A DNA stretch of 64,000 nt, from positions 896,001 through 960,000 of the forward strand of contig CAXXYH010000003.1 of NCBI GenBank assembly GCA_963677925.2. Reading direction: 5' to 3'. The notes under the pieces were generated by a model, which saw nothing but the letters and a program-made list of their open reading frames with translations, did not search any database and was not told the DNA's origin. Origin of the DNA: Spirochaetia bacterium. Its GTDB lineage: Bacteria; Spirochaetota; Spirochaetia; UBA9216. This document shows, one piece after another, positions 8,530 through 19,507 of the stretch. A program made the translations under genes and the position numbers. Each line of letters opens with the position of its first letter. The stretch's first letter is position 1.

Positions 8530-10283
8530 ACTTCCTTGAACTTCTCATAGATATGCCTGATATCATTCATACAGAGTTTAAAGGCATTTATCACATTAGG
8601 ATCAAAGTTAGCACCCATTTCTTCTTCGATAATACTGACTGATTTTTCGATACTGAAGGCCGCCTTATACGGTCTTTTTGAGGTAAGGGCATCAAAAACA
8701 TCGGCAAGTGCAACTATTCTGCCGGCAAGCGGGATGTCCCGCCCTTCAAGTCCGAAAGGATAGCCGGAACCGTCAAATTTTTCATGATGACCGGAGATAA
8801 TTTCGATAGCAGTCTGCATAAGCGGAAAGCTGGCCACATTAAGCAGATTACTGTTCATCTTTTCCATAACGCGCATGCCTATATTGACATGGCTTTTCAT
8901 CACCGTCATCTCTGAATCATCAAGCGGACCTTCTTTTAAAAGGATTGCATCGGGAATTCCGACCTTTCCTATGTCATGCAGCGGTGAAAACCAGCGAATC
9001 TCACGCATTAACCTGGGAGAAAGGGGGTTTATATGCTCATGATAGGATCTGGCTATCATATATGAATACTCAGACATCCTGATAATGTGATTTGATGTCT
9101 CATTATCTTTTTCATGCATCAGGGTCACAAAGGCATTAGTAATCTCGGAGATAATTTCCTGAAGCAGAAACTCTATATAAACATTCTGCTTTATGAGGTT
9201 TACAAGCCTGACCGTATAATTAAGAGTTTCATCATTATAAGCATTTAAACTCAGACTTGAAACAAAGAAAAATCCCAGGCACTTTTCACCGAAAAACATC
9301 GGAATCGTCATGCTTGAGTTTATGCCCTCATGGAGAATTTTAGCAGTTGCCTCTGAAACTTTCCTGCCCTTTGCGTATGATGGAAGGTCATTTATGATTC
9401 GTGATTTTCCGGCTTTTAAAAGATCAGGAAGAGAGGAGTTATTGATATTTTCCCGGAATCCCGGTTCCAGAGACATCCTTGAATAGGTGGCAACTGCAGT
9501 TTCAGCTATCAGATTCTCTGAAGAATCAAGAAATGCAATTGCAATCCTGTCACAGCTCATCCTTTTTCCCAGCTTTTCAAAAATATCATCGAGAAAGTTA
9601 TTCAGGTTACCTGAGACCGTAGCCTCACGGACTTCCCGGTTATAGTATTCATCGGAACTTATACGTTCTATAACCGCATTAAGCTCATCAATCTCGTCAA
9701 TTTTGTATTCAACCTTTTCCTGTGAAGGCGGATTCTGATATTTAAGAATCATCTCCAGTCGATCGAATCCGGAATGAAGTTCCCGGTTGAAAACCAGCTG
9801 ATGCCGCCGCCATCTGATCATAATTATAAGAATACCTGCGGAAGCAATACAGGAATTAAATATCATAATACTGATTATATAGTACGAACGTCTGGTTATT
9901 TTATTTATAAGGGTTCGGGCTGCAGTTGCATATTCCCTGATAACAGCCCTGTATTCTTCATTTTCATCGCTGTTTTGATATTCAGGTTCAGGAAAAAGAG
10001 TTTTCAGCCTTAAAATCCAGCGATTCTTTTTTAAATCGCCGGATATTTGCCGGTATTGAGCAAGGGCAGCATCTGAAGGGCTGGTCGGCTCAGACATAAC
10101 AAGTACAACAAGGCTGTTTATATCCTTATACATCTGGGCTGAAGCCTTCTCAACACGCAGGTTTCTGAAAAAAGATAAACCGATTGCAGAGAAAGCAAGT
10201 ACATTCACAATGAGAAGAACCAGGGTAAATCTGAATAAAAGCATGGAGGTTCTCTCCATGCTGATAGTTTTTCTTGCAGGCAT
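8526..10283 (-). CDS. Membrane-anchored GAF + HD-GYP cyclic-di-GMP phosphodiesterase
   Basis: Two TM segments, a GAF region (DRIAIA..SSMTIPM..LGFF), LHDIGKVGIPD, HHEKFDGSGYP, ADVFDALTSKRPYK. Confidence 0.92.
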   Translation of the reverse strand: MPARKTISMERTSMLLFRFTLVLLIVNVLAFSAIGLSFFRNLRVEKASAQMYKDINSLVVLVMSEPTSPSDAALAQYRQISGDLKKNRWILRLKTLFPEPEYQNSDENEEYRAVIREYATAARTLINKITRRSYYIISIMIFNSCIASAGILIIMIRWRRHQLVFNRELHSGFDRLEMILKYQNPPSQEKVEYKIDEIDELNAVIERISSDEYYNREVREATVSGNLNNFLDDIFEKLGKRMSCDRIAIAFLDSSENLIAETAVATYSRMSLEPGFRENINNSSLPDLLKAGKSRIINDLPSYAKGRKVSEATAKILHEGINSSMTIPMFFGEKCLGFFFVSSLSLNAYNDETLNYTVRLVNLIKQNVYIEFLLQEIISEITNAFVTLMHEKDNETSNHIIRMSEYSYMIARSYHEHINPLSPRLMREIRWFSPLHDIGKVGIPDAILLKEGPLDDSEMTVMKSHVNIGMRVMEKMNSNLLNVASFPLMQTAIEIISGHHEKFDGSGYPFGLEGRDIPLAGRIVALADVFDALTSKRPYKAAFSIEKSVSIIEEEMGANFDPNVINAFKLCMNDIRHIYEKFKEV

Positions 10284-10290
10284 TCACTGA

Positions 10291-10319
10291 ATTATATGAA
10301 CATAAATACTTAGTGTCAA
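10291..10319 (-). promoter_or_regulatory. Consensus sigma70 promoter for the HD-GYP/hcpR/GNAT operon
   Basis: TTGACA-N17-TATAAT on the minus strand, 7 nt before the ATG at 10283. Confidence 0.85.
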
Positions 10320-10338
10320 TTCAATGCCGATATCCCGG

Positions 10339-11559
10339 TTAAAGCTCTATTACCTGTTTATCAATTGTTATATCAAGTTTAGCTGCTTCGGTAAGATAAT
10401 AATCAACCTGATCATATTCCATCATATCTGATGATATCAGACCCTTCTGATAAATTTTATCATTTACAAAGAGTTTCGTAAAAAGCGCCCCGCCCTGACC
10501 GGTAAAATAGGTTTCACCGGTCAACCCGGATTTTTCAAAAGCATCTGCACAGCCCAGGGAATTAACATAGCTTTCAACCATAACCTTTTTACCGTCCTTT
10601 ATACCAATTGCCTCAATTAGCATAGCTCCGGAATCATCGATAAGCCCTTCATCCAGGATTGCCTTGATTTCATCATGATACTTGGGCGCAGGAGGGGTCA
10701 TTTTCAACAGAAGATTTCTGGGAATCACCATCTGTCCGTCAACCTCGACCGGCTTTTCAGAAAGCAGTCCCATCTTGTACAGAGGCTCGGCAAAATCTAT
10801 TCCATAGCCGCCGTACTTGAAATATACATTTTTTACACCTTTGAAATATTTTTCCGAGTTAATTCCCATAAGAACAGTTTCATCATGTGCATGTTCAACA
10901 TGCATTATTTCACGATCCATTCCCCGGAATTTCTTGTATTCATACATACTGAAGGGGGCCGCCGCAGTTATCTCGCCGTTTATACAGGGAAAAGCATCAT
11001 CTGACATGTCAGCATATGCAACAACCGGAGACCACCAGAAAGGCAGAAATCTTTTGGATTTAACGCCCTCCCAGACATACATATTGATGGTCTCACAGCT
11101 GTCCAGCTCTCTTACCGCATCTCTGGCAGCGACACAGATAATTCCGGGCGCTGAGCCTGTGCTTATAAGTGCCGTTTTTCCGACAGCCCTGAACTTTTCC
11201 GAGGTTTCACTGAGCATCTGCCTGATGCCATCAACCCAGTCAATATCTGGGGTATCGGCGGCAGCGAAATCCTGGTAGTTCACCTCGGCTTCCAGAGCCG
11301 CTTCAAGGACAATTCGTCCGAAAGCCATCGGCAGAGCGTTTACAAGAAGGTCTACGCCCTTTGCGGCTTCAACAATATTTTCTTTTTTCGATGCATCAAT
11401 CTGAAGCGGTCTGCCTTTTTTTAATCCCGCGACAAGATCATTAACCGCGTGAAGATCATAATCGGCGCATATTATTTCACTTACAGCAGGCTCTTCATCC
11501 ATTCTTTTTGCTACAGTACTTCCCTGAGCACCTGTTCCGAGTATTAATAGTTTTTTCAT
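10339..11559 (-). CDS. Saccharopine dehydrogenase family protein (carboxy(nor)spermidine dehydrogenase-like)
   Basis: ILGTGAQGS Rossmann motif, VNA, NYQDFA, TGSAPG, HDE. Confidence 0.8.
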   Translation of the reverse strand: MKKLLILGTGAQGSTVAKRMDEEPAVSEIICADYDLHAVNDLVAGLKKGRPLQIDASKKENIVEAAKGVDLLVNALPMAFGRIVLEAALEAEVNYQDFAAADTPDIDWVDGIRQMLSETSEKFRAVGKTALISTGSAPGIICVAARDAVRELDSCETINMYVWEGVKSKRFLPFWWSPVVAYADMSDDAFPCINGEITAAAPFSMYEYKKFRGMDREIMHVEHAHDETVLMGINSEKYFKGVKNVYFKYGGYGIDFAEPLYKMGLLSEKPVEVDGQMVIPRNLLLKMTPPAPKYHDEIKAILDEGLIDDSGAMLIEAIGIKDGKKVMVESYVNSLGCADAFEKSGLTGETYFTGQGGALFTKLFVNDKIYQKGLISSDMMEYDQVDYYLTEAAKLDITIDKQVIEL

Positions 11560-11896
11560 CTTTGACTCCTTATTATCTTGTTGTCAGTGATGAACTATGT
11601 ATTCTGAAAATCTGTATATTTTATTTTATTTGAAGTATTGAAATTACTGGGACTCTAAAGTTTAACCGGTAAATACAGAAAACATAGTTCGAATTAACTA
11701 GTATGTTTTAACTGTATCCTCCTGATGAATTAAACCCCCGGATAATCCCGTATGGCCGATTTGTGAGAGCATTCCAACCCGGAACACCTCGTAGATTTAT
11801 ATATGAATAATACACTTTTTAATTTCAGCAGGCAATATAGTCATCTCTGATATCAGAATGATGACAGAGCCCTGAGACCGGAGCCGGAACCTGCAT

Positions 11897-11924
11897 AAAA
11901 AAAGCAGCGGAAAAACCGCTGCCT
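11897..11924 (-). terminator. Rho-independent terminator after leuB
   Basis: Minus strand GCAGCGG-TTTTT-CCGCTGC followed by TTTTTTT. Confidence 0.85.
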
Positions 11925-11944
11925 TGAATTGTGTTTATTTAAAA

Positions 11945-13027
11945 CTAAAGAAGATCAACAATTAAATCGCCTACTTCGCTTGTAGAGTATCCCATCTTAC
12001 CGGCTGAAAGGCTCTTAAGTTTTGAACCTGTGGCTGTCATAACAGCCTGCTCAATCTTGTCAGCAGCTTCCTGCTCACCGAGAGTCTGGAGCATCATTGA
12101 ACCGGCAACGATTGAGGCAAGCGGATTAATGATTCCCTGTCCGGTGTACTTGGGTGCTGAACCGCCGATTGGTTCGAACATTGAAACGCCTTCAGGATTG
12201 ATGTTACCGCCGGCTGCAACGCCCATACCACCCTGTGTGATTGCACCGAGGTCAGTGATGATATCTCCGAACATATTGCTTGTTACAAGAACATCAAACC
12301 ATTCCGGGCTCTTAACCATCCACATACAGGTGGCATCTACATGGTAGTATTCTCTTTTAACATCCGGGAATTCCGCTTCACCGATTTCGTGGAAAGCCCG
12401 TTCCCAGAGGTCAAAGACATATGTGAGTACGTTTGTTTTTCCAACAAGACCAAGCGTATTATTTTCACCTACGCCCCTGGCCTTCTTTCCGTGGTTTCTT
12501 GCATATTCAAAAGCATACCTGAGACATCGCTCGACCTGATGTCTGCTGTAAACCATGCTCTGTGTGGCTACTTCATGCTGGGTTCCCTTCATTGAGAAAC
12601 CGCCTGTTCCTGTGTAGATACCTCCGGTATTCTCACGAACAACTACATAGTCGATTTCCTTGGGGCCCTTATCCTTAAGCGGTGTTTCAACGCCGGGATA
12701 AAGCTTTACAGGTCTGAGATTGATATACTGATCGAGGTCGAATCTGAGTTTGAGAAGTATGCCCTTTTCAAGAATACCGGGCTTAACATCGGGATGACCG
12801 ATAGCACCGAGGTATATTGAATCAAATCCCTTAAGCTGCTCGGCAGCGTCATCAGGAAGAACGTTTCCAGTCTTAAGGTACCTGTCCCCGCCCCAGTCGA
12901 ATTCCTTCAAATCAAGTGAAAAGCCGAATTTGGATGAAGCGGCCTTAAGAACCTTTACACCCTGTTCAACTACTTCCGGGCCTGTTCCGTCACCGGGAAG
13001 CACCGCAATCTTGTAATTGTTTGCCAT
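11945..13027 (-). CDS. leuB: 3-isopropylmalate dehydrogenase
   Basis: PGDGTGPEV, LKLRFDLDQYINLRP, VRENT, NMFGDIITD, FEPIGGSAP. Confidence 0.9.
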   Translation of the reverse strand: MANNYKIAVLPGDGTGPEVVEQGVKVLKAASSKFGFSLDLKEFDWGGDRYLKTGNVLPDDAAEQLKGFDSIYLGAIGHPDVKPGILEKGILLKLRFDLDQYINLRPVKLYPGVETPLKDKGPKEIDYVVVRENTGGIYTGTGGFSMKGTQHEVATQSMVYSRHQVERCLRYAFEYARNHGKKARGVGENNTLGLVGKTNVLTYVFDLWERAFHEIGEAEFPDVKREYYHVDATCMWMVKSPEWFDVLVTSNMFGDIITDLGAITQGGMGVAAGGNINPEGVSMFEPIGGSAPKYTGQGIINPLASIVAGSMMLQTLGEQEAADKIEQAVMTATGSKLKSLSAGKMGYSTSEVGDLIVDLL

Positions 13028-13241
13028 AAAAAACCTCTGTTATTGAATTTAATTATATTTAAGCTTATTAAGTATACATAAAGTACTACAGTTTTATTAT
13101 GTAGTCAATATAAAGCCTGAGGGACTGAAACTCTAAATTTAACCTCTACTTAATTTTAATAAAATATTATTGATTTTCAAACATTCTTATAGTTAAATGT
13201 AAACGATTAACTATTTCTTGCCTGACACAACGGAGAAAAAC

Positions 13242-15857
13242 ATGCCAATAAACCGCTTCAATGCAGTCCTTATCAGGATAACTTTAATTCTTACTACAGC
13301 AGTATTATTATTTTCATGTCCTATTGAAACTGCAGATTTATCAAATGCTGATCTATCAGGTCTGTCTGTTGAGGGATTAAGCCTGAGCCCTGAGTTTTCG
13401 GCCGAGGTTACCGATTATTCTGCTGAAGCAGGAAATGACATTTCAAGTCTGAAAGTAAAAGCAAGCACATTGTACCCCGGATCATCCCTACTGATTAACG
13501 GTATATCCGCAGCCTCTGGTATTAATTCTGAAAGTATTTCACTTGCAGAAGGAAGCAACACGATCACAGTAAAAGTAACATCCGCAGACGGCACAGTCTC
13601 AAAAATCTACACACTTTCAATAACAAGGGAAGCAACTTCGGTGATGGTTCCCGATACCAGCCTTTGTTCTCTCAGCATTTCAGACGGTATTTTGACACCT
13701 TCTTTTTCTGCGGATTTAAAAAGTTATTCTGCATCTGTTGGAAACAGTACTGCTTCAATCACAGTTACTCCTGAATCAGCAGACAGCAGCTGTGTTATCA
13801 CAGTAAACGGTTCAGCAGTTGATTCCGGCAGCATTTCGGGTATGGTTTCACTTGCGGAAGGAAGCAATCTTATAACTGTAAGAGTTACCGACAGTACTGA
13901 TTCATATTTTACAGATTATAAAATTACAGTAACACGCGACGCGGCTACAGCAGGTGCATCTGCAGAGATCACCGGAGGCAATATGAGCCTGCAGACAGGA
14001 AGCAGCTCATATGTATCAGCTTCTGTATCAGGATTTAATTATGCGAGCATTAACTACCTCTGGGTACTTAGAGATCCCGACTCAAATGATACAACTCTAA
14101 GCAATGATACGGATTCCGGAGTACAGCTTGTTTCATACAGCACGCCCATCTCAAGTAGAGTCGGAGATTACACCTTATTCCTTACAGTAACAGATGGTGA
14201 CGGCGCTTCTGCTTCTGATCAAATCACTGTCACTGTGTATACGCCTAACAACTCTCCAACAGCTTCATTCTCCGTCTCATCAAGCGCCTCAAGGACTCCC
14301 TATGTGGTCGGTGAAACAGTCAGTTTTGATGCCTCAGCCTCAGAAGATTCCGACGGCATAATAGATTCATACAGCTGGGATTTCGCTGATGGGAGTACTG
14401 CTGACGGTACTTCAGACACAGCAAGCCATGTTTACTCCGAAGCAGGCATATATATTGTAGAACTCACAGTTACAGATGATGATGACGCCGTGGATTCTGT
14501 TCAGGCTGAGGCTTTTACGGTAATCACTGCACCACAGGCAGTTCTTTCGTCTCCGGGAACTGTATACACAGGCGTTCCGGTAATCCTTGATGGTTCAGCT
14601 TCCACCGGCTCAGACAGCTCAGTCCCGACTGTATTCTGGAATGTAAACCCGCAAGACGGAGGAACCTACAGGGATGCATCAACTAGTACCAGCGCAACCG
14701 ATGCATATGTATTCTGGGATATCGGAGATTACAATGTTGATATTGAAGTATACGGAGGAGCCAGGACTGATGTTACAGATACTGACTCAATGACGTTTTC
14801 AGTTGCATCAGGTCTTAACCTGCATTCAACAAGCAGCACCGATGAACGCAGAGTAATTTATGGGACAGCATTTGATTCTTCCGGAGCGATGTACAGGCTG
14901 CTCAACTGTGATTCTAACCCTTCAGGCTCAACTGACTACGCAGGACTTGTAGAAAAGTATAATGGGAGTTCCTGGACCGTACTTGATGATTACTTCGGAA
15001 CAGGAGCGGATATTGAACCCGTGCTCTCAATTGATTCTGCAGACCGTCCCTGGGTTGCCAGACGCGGCACATCTGACGGTGTGGTTCTCTACTACTATAC
15101 CGGTTCTGCCTGGAGCAGGTTCGACAGAGACCTTGGTAATGAAACAAGCTCTTCATATACTAATGTAAGAAGCTTTGACATTGTATCAGACAGCCGTGGA
15201 AACACAGTGATTGCCTATACTGATCATGCTGACAACGGATATATTCATGCCCAGTACACCTCCAGTCTAAGCAGCCTGGCAGAACTCGGAGGCAGTTCAG
15301 CCCAGCCGGTTGGAGGGGCATTAAGTTCTTCCGGCAGCCTCGATCTTGAGATAGATTCTGCCGATAAATTGTATGCCGCCTTTGTTAACAGCAATTCTGT
15401 TTACATGTACAGTTTCGACATGACAGGCAATCTTGATGCCGGAACATGGTCTCCCATAGACTGCTCCGGCATCCCGTTGGGAACATCCAGTGTGGATCTT
15501 CTTATTGACGGGACAACACTCTATACAGCAGTCGACGGTCCGGAAGTTTATCAGTACACCGGTTCGGGATGGAATCTGATTGGAGATACTGATGACGGCT
15601 TGTCCAATGGTGTAAAAAGCTTTATTACAGCAGGAAACGGAAAGCTGGTATTAGTCTATGGAGATGATAACTACTCAAAAGCATCTGTATACAGAAACGA
15701 CTCATGGACTGCTCTTTACGGAGGACAGAATATTCAGTATAAAAACGGAACCTCCATACCCTCAGTATTTGCAGATTATAATAACGGCAGCCTGTATTTT
15801 GTAAGGGGCGTAGATATAATTGATCTTCAGGAGATTGTTTATACTGATTCCTTTTAA
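13242..15857 (+). CDS. Large Ser/Thr-rich surface lipoprotein: two cadherin-like beta-sandwich domains, PKD domains, probable C-terminal beta-propeller
   Basis: Lipobox LLFSC. Two L..LS....L.P.FS....Y...SLAEGSN.ITV.VT repeats. PKD signature FDASASED.DG.I.SYSWDF.DG..HVY..G.Y.V.LTVTD. ATG start at 13242 preferred over TTG at 13218. Confidence 0.8.
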   Translation: MPINRFNAVLIRITLILTTAVLLFSCPIETADLSNADLSGLSVEGLSLSPEFSAEVTDYSAEAGNDISSLKVKASTLYPGSSLLINGISAASGINSESISLAEGSNTITVKVTSADGTVSKIYTLSITREATSVMVPDTSLCSLSISDGILTPSFSADLKSYSASVGNSTASITVTPESADSSCVITVNGSAVDSGSISGMVSLAEGSNLITVRVTDSTDSYFTDYKITVTRDAATAGASAEITGGNMSLQTGSSSYVSASVSGFNYASINYLWVLRDPDSNDTTLSNDTDSGVQLVSYSTPISSRVGDYTLFLTVTDGDGASASDQITVTVYTPNNSPTASFSVSSSASRTPYVVGETVSFDASASEDSDGIIDSYSWDFADGSTADGTSDTASHVYSEAGIYIVELTVTDDDDAVDSVQAEAFTVITAPQAVLSSPGTVYTGVPVILDGSASTGSDSSVPTVFWNVNPQDGGTYRDASTSTSATDAYVFWDIGDYNVDIEVYGGARTDVTDTDSMTFSVASGLNLHSTSSTDERRVIYGTAFDSSGAMYRLLNCDSNPSGSTDYAGLVEKYNGSSWTVLDDYFGTGADIEPVLSIDSADRPWVARRGTSDGVVLYYYTGSAWSRFDRDLGNETSSSYTNVRSFDIVSDSRGNTVIAYTDHADNGYIHAQYTSSLSSLAELGGSSAQPVGGALSSSGSLDLEIDSADKLYAAFVNSNSVYMYSFDMTGNLDAGTWSPIDCSGIPLGTSSVDLLIDGTTLYTAVDGPEVYQYTGSGWNLIGDTDDGLSNGVKSFITAGNGKLVLVYGDDNYSKASVYRNDSWTALYGGQNIQYKNGTSIPSVFADYNNGSLYFVRGVDIIDLQEIVYTDSF

Positions 15858-15884
15858 AATCTGTCTTCAATAAAATACCTGGAG

Positions 15885-17495
15885 TTATTCCAGGTATTTT
15901 ATTGCTCTTTCGCCATGGCCTTCTGACTCGTATGAATCAGAAGTTTTAAAGAATCCTATAGCTTCATTGAGGTCATCAGAATTGCGCCGCAGTTCGTCGG
16001 CCATTGATGCTATTTCCTCACTTGCTGCGGCATTTGCCTGTATAACATCATCCATCTGCATGAGGGCGGTATTTACCTGTTCTGCCCCCTTTGCCTGCTC
16101 CTCTGAACCGGCCATAATTTCTGCGGCTATATCCGCAGACTTACGTATTGCGGGAATCATTTCCTGAATGATTCTCATTGTCTCATTGGCCTTGCCTACG
16201 CTTTCTCCGGATAATGAGGTTATTTCTCCAGCGGCGCTCTGACTGCTTGATGCCAGCTTGCTTACCTCTGTTGCAACAACAGAAAATCCTTTTCCTGCCT
16301 CCCCTGCTCTGGCCGCTTCTATAGAAGCATTCAACGCAAGAAGGTTGGTATTTCTGGCAATTTCTTCAATTACCTTTATCTTTCCGGCAATAAGCGTCAT
16401 CATCTCAACTGAAGCCTCTACAGCATGCCCGCCTGCATCAGCCTCTTCGGCGGCCTTACCGACAATCTTGTTTGATTCACGTGAATTATCGGTATTCTGA
16501 TGGATGTTTGAAACAAGCTGCTCCATTGACGCTGATATTTCCTCAGCATTAGCAGCCTGTTCAGAAGAACCCGAGGCTACCTGTGCAGCAGATTCTGCGA
16601 CCTGCTGAGCGCTGCTGTTTATCTTAAGGGTGATTTCAATTATATTTGTAATTATCCGGTTCAGCTGGGTTTCCATTCTGCCAAGGGCGTCAGAGAGGGT
16701 CCGGGTTTCATCCTTGCTCTTAATATCAAATTCAATATCAAGATTTCCATCGGCAATCAGACTTACCTTGTCAACAAGGACTTCCAGAGGTCGCGAGATT
16801 CGCTTTCCAATCATCCATGCAATAAATATTGAGACAAGGATAATGCCGGCATCAATAATAAGAATAATCCTTATGATATTAAAAATTACATCGGCTACAT
16901 TTTCTTCTTCCTGTTTAATCACTTTATCTATATCATCAATATAATTGCCGGTTCCAAGAGCCCAGTCGTAGGGAGCAAAATACTGGTTATAAGCCCTCTT
17001 CGGCAGGGCTTCGGTTTCTCCGGGTTTGGGATAATAATAAGTACTGAATCCGTCACCTGTTTTTGCTGAATTTACGATATCACGGATAATGTAATTTCCG
17101 AATGAATCTTTCAAATCCCATCTGTTAGTACCTTCAAGGTCATTTCCAAGTAGAACAACAGTATTCCCTTCAGAATCATATACGAACACATATCCGCTTT
17201 CGCCATAGCTGATGGATCTGATAATATCAGCAGCCTCCAGATATGCCTGTTCCTCACCTATTTCATTGCGTTTCTCGTAGATGGATTCGACTATCGAGAC
17301 AGCCGACTCTATCTGGTTTTTAAGCATAAGATCGTAGTCATCCCGTAGCTTTTGTTCGAGAGCCTCCAGATTGGATCTGCCCAGAGCATTTATCTGCATA
17401 ACGGCTACCGCACCCAGAATAAGACCCGCTCCCAATAGACAGCTTATCAGTAGAAATATTATTTTAAAGCTTATCTTTCTCATAAGATTAATCAT
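15885..17495 (-). CDS. Methyl-accepting chemotaxis protein with Cache sensor and HAMP domain
   Basis: TM-Cache ([24 protein letters not shown])-TM-HAMP, then [30 protein letters not shown]. Confidence 0.95.
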   Translation of the reverse strand: MINLMRKISFKIIFLLISCLLGAGLILGAVAVMQINALGRSNLEALEQKLRDDYDLMLKNQIESAVSIVESIYEKRNEIGEEQAYLEAADIIRSISYGESGYVFVYDSEGNTVVLLGNDLEGTNRWDLKDSFGNYIIRDIVNSAKTGDGFSTYYYPKPGETEALPKRAYNQYFAPYDWALGTGNYIDDIDKVIKQEEENVADVIFNIIRIILIIDAGIILVSIFIAWMIGKRISRPLEVLVDKVSLIADGNLDIEFDIKSKDETRTLSDALGRMETQLNRIITNIIEITLKINSSAQQVAESAAQVASGSSEQAANAEEISASMEQLVSNIHQNTDNSRESNKIVGKAAEEADAGGHAVEASVEMMTLIAGKIKVIEEIARNTNLLALNASIEAARAGEAGKGFSVVATEVSKLASSSQSAAGEITSLSGESVGKANETMRIIQEMIPAIRKSADIAAEIMAGSEEQAKGAEQVNTALMQMDDVIQANAAASEEIASMADELRRNSDDLNEAIGFFKTSDSYESEGHGERAIKYLE

Positions 17496-17504
17496 AAGTC
17501 GAAA

Positions 17505-17532
17505 TAATTCAAAATCAAGTTTTTACCGATAA
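17505..17532 (+). promoter_or_regulatory. Possible sigma28 (FliA)-type promoter for the divergent MCP
   Basis: TAAT-N16-ACCGATAA, an approximate match to TAAA-N15-GCCGATAA. Confidence 0.4.
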
Positions 17533-17566
17533 TAAAACAAAGTATTATTAATATAAGGAGAATTCT

Positions 17567-19432
17567 GTGCTTAACCGGAATTATGTTAAAAAACTGACAA
17601 CTCGAGGTCTCCTGGTATTCCTCTCATGTCCTGTACTGTCACCGCTTTTGCTGGCATCTTTCACTGTATTAAGCGGTTATATGACAATGGATGAACTCAA
17701 GATTCTTTTAACCGCTCCGCTCTCAAATCTGATTACACTTACCACAATACTCACAGGAGTAGTTCTGGCTATTGTACCGGTACAACTATTTGCCCGGAAG
17801 TATAGAGAAAGAGATCCATCCTGGAATGAAATCAAGTTTTTTAATTATCAAATCCTCGGACTGTTTATGGTTGGATTATTAATAGAAATAGCAGCCGGTA
17901 TTCTGAATCTTGGATTTATAATTAAAATTGCATTTCCTGATAATATTCTTTATACCTCATTATGGATTCTGGCATTCTTTCTGATGGTTTCTGTTCCGTT
18001 AACTGCGGTCGTAAATAAGGATCTTGACAGGCTTGTGAGGGATATAAGTGATGAACCAAAGCCGATTTTTAATATTAAATTTAAACTTTATCTTGTTATC
18101 CTGGCATCTTTTATCGGCACAATTCTTATGTTCATTATGATAGCAACGGTTTCGTCAACAGCACTTTTTGAACTTGACAAGACATTACCGGTCAGTATTC
18201 CCGTACTTTTTATCAGTGCGGGAGCAACCGCCATCATTTTTATTTTCATCATGCTTGGCCTTGTCATGAACAATATAGTAAGTCCTCTCAGAACCATGGT
18301 CAAAACCTTTGAAGTGGGCGCTTCAGGTGATTTTACAGTATCGGTACCGGCTCATTCAACTGACGAAATAAGTCTTGTAGCCCTGAGGGCAAACTCACTT
18401 TTTGCTAAACTGAACAGCGGATTCAGAAGTATCCTCAATACCATAAACGTTCTCTCTGACAACAAACAGGAACTTGGAGGAATAGTTTCAGGTATTGCAT
18501 CTGCAGTTGCCCAGATTAGAGAGAGCCTGAGTGAAACTAACGAGGAAATGACCGCCCATGCTTCAAGTGTTGCAGAAACGACCGCAGCTGTGGAAGAGCT
18601 TGCCAGAAACATCGACTCGCTGAACGACAGTATAGGACAGCAGAGAAGTATCCTGCAGGTATCATCCAATTCTCTGAAGGAACTTCTTGCATTCAATTCA
18701 AAGCTTACTGATTTATCAAAACAGGGGCTGGAAAAATCTGAATCACTGGTAAGCGTTTCACAGGAGGGCAACAGAAGGATTCAGACCATGCAGAATCTTG
18801 TGGATACGATAAATGAGGATTCAAGTCATCTGGTAGAAGCCAACACCATGATCGCCTCTGTCGCAAGCCAGACCAACCTTCTTGCCATGAATGCCGCAAT
18901 TGAAGCTGCGCATGCAGGCGAAGCAGGAAAGGGTTTTGCTGTCGTAGCGGATGAGATAAGAAAGCTTGCAGAGACAGCCTCTGAGCAGTCCAAAAGCATT
19001 GGACATAATCTTAACCAGGTTCTCGGCAACATAGAAAATGTAGGTGAAGAGTCAAAGACTGTTCAATCTTCATTTCAGCAGATTGATCTGCATGTTACGG
19101 ATGTACAGAAGGCTGTTGAGAATATGAGCAGTTTCACTAAAACGGTTGTAGAGTTTTCTGAAAAACTTAACGATGCTATCTCTGAGCTAGAAAATGTTTC
19201 TTCAAATGTAATTCAGGGATCCAGCGAAATGCAGACCGGAAATACCGAAATACTTAAGGCTGTAACTCTGATGCGGGATATCAGCCAGAAAGTTGAAGAT
19301 GCAGTTAAAGAAATATCTGCGGGTGTGGATTCCATATCACAGCAGTCCAGCCTGATGCTAGAACAGAACAGCAATACCGATACATCACTCAACAATGTCG
19401 TAGAACTGATCAATAAATACAAATTAAGCTGA
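17567..19432 (+). CDS. Methyl-accepting chemotaxis protein with multi-TM N-terminus
   Basis: About six hydrophobic segments, [50 protein letters not shown]. Confidence 0.95.
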   Translation: MLNRNYVKKLTTRGLLVFLSCPVLSPLLLASFTVLSGYMTMDELKILLTAPLSNLITLTTILTGVVLAIVPVQLFARKYRERDPSWNEIKFFNYQILGLFMVGLLIEIAAGILNLGFIIKIAFPDNILYTSLWILAFFLMVSVPLTAVVNKDLDRLVRDISDEPKPIFNIKFKLYLVILASFIGTILMFIMIATVSSTALFELDKTLPVSIPVLFISAGATAIIFIFIMLGLVMNNIVSPLRTMVKTFEVGASGDFTVSVPAHSTDEISLVALRANSLFAKLNSGFRSILNTINVLSDNKQELGGIVSGIASAVAQIRESLSETNEEMTAHASSVAETTAAVEELARNIDSLNDSIGQQRSILQVSSNSLKELLAFNSKLTDLSKQGLEKSESLVSVSQEGNRRIQTMQNLVDTINEDSSHLVEANTMIASVASQTNLLAMNAAIEAAHAGEAGKGFAVVADEIRKLAETASEQSKSIGHNLNQVLGNIENVGEESKTVQSSFQQIDLHVTDVQKAVENMSSFTKTVVEFSEKLNDAISELENVSSNVIQGSSEMQTGNTEILKAVTLMRDISQKVEDAVKEISAGVDSISQQSSLMLEQNSNTDTSLNNVVELINKYKLS

Positions 19433-19441
19433 TAAAAAGAA

Positions 19442-19481
19442 TGCTGCTTCCCTGTTACTTATAAAGTAAGGGGAAGCAGCA
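19442..19481. terminator. Hairpin between the convergent MCP and atoA genes (probable bidirectional terminator)
   Basis: TGCTGCTTCCC..TTACTT-ATA-AAGTAA..GGGAAGCAGCA. Confidence 0.75.
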
Positions 19482-19507
19482 AATTTGAGGAGTATAAAAG
19501 GAGAGAT

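Noticed and set aside
11735-11795. Guanidine-III or lysine riboswitch call from ACGAGGTG in the dehydrogenase leader
   Set aside because: I could not build the required P1/pseudoknot pairings or find the other conserved segments. It is kept only as an unassigned structured leader.
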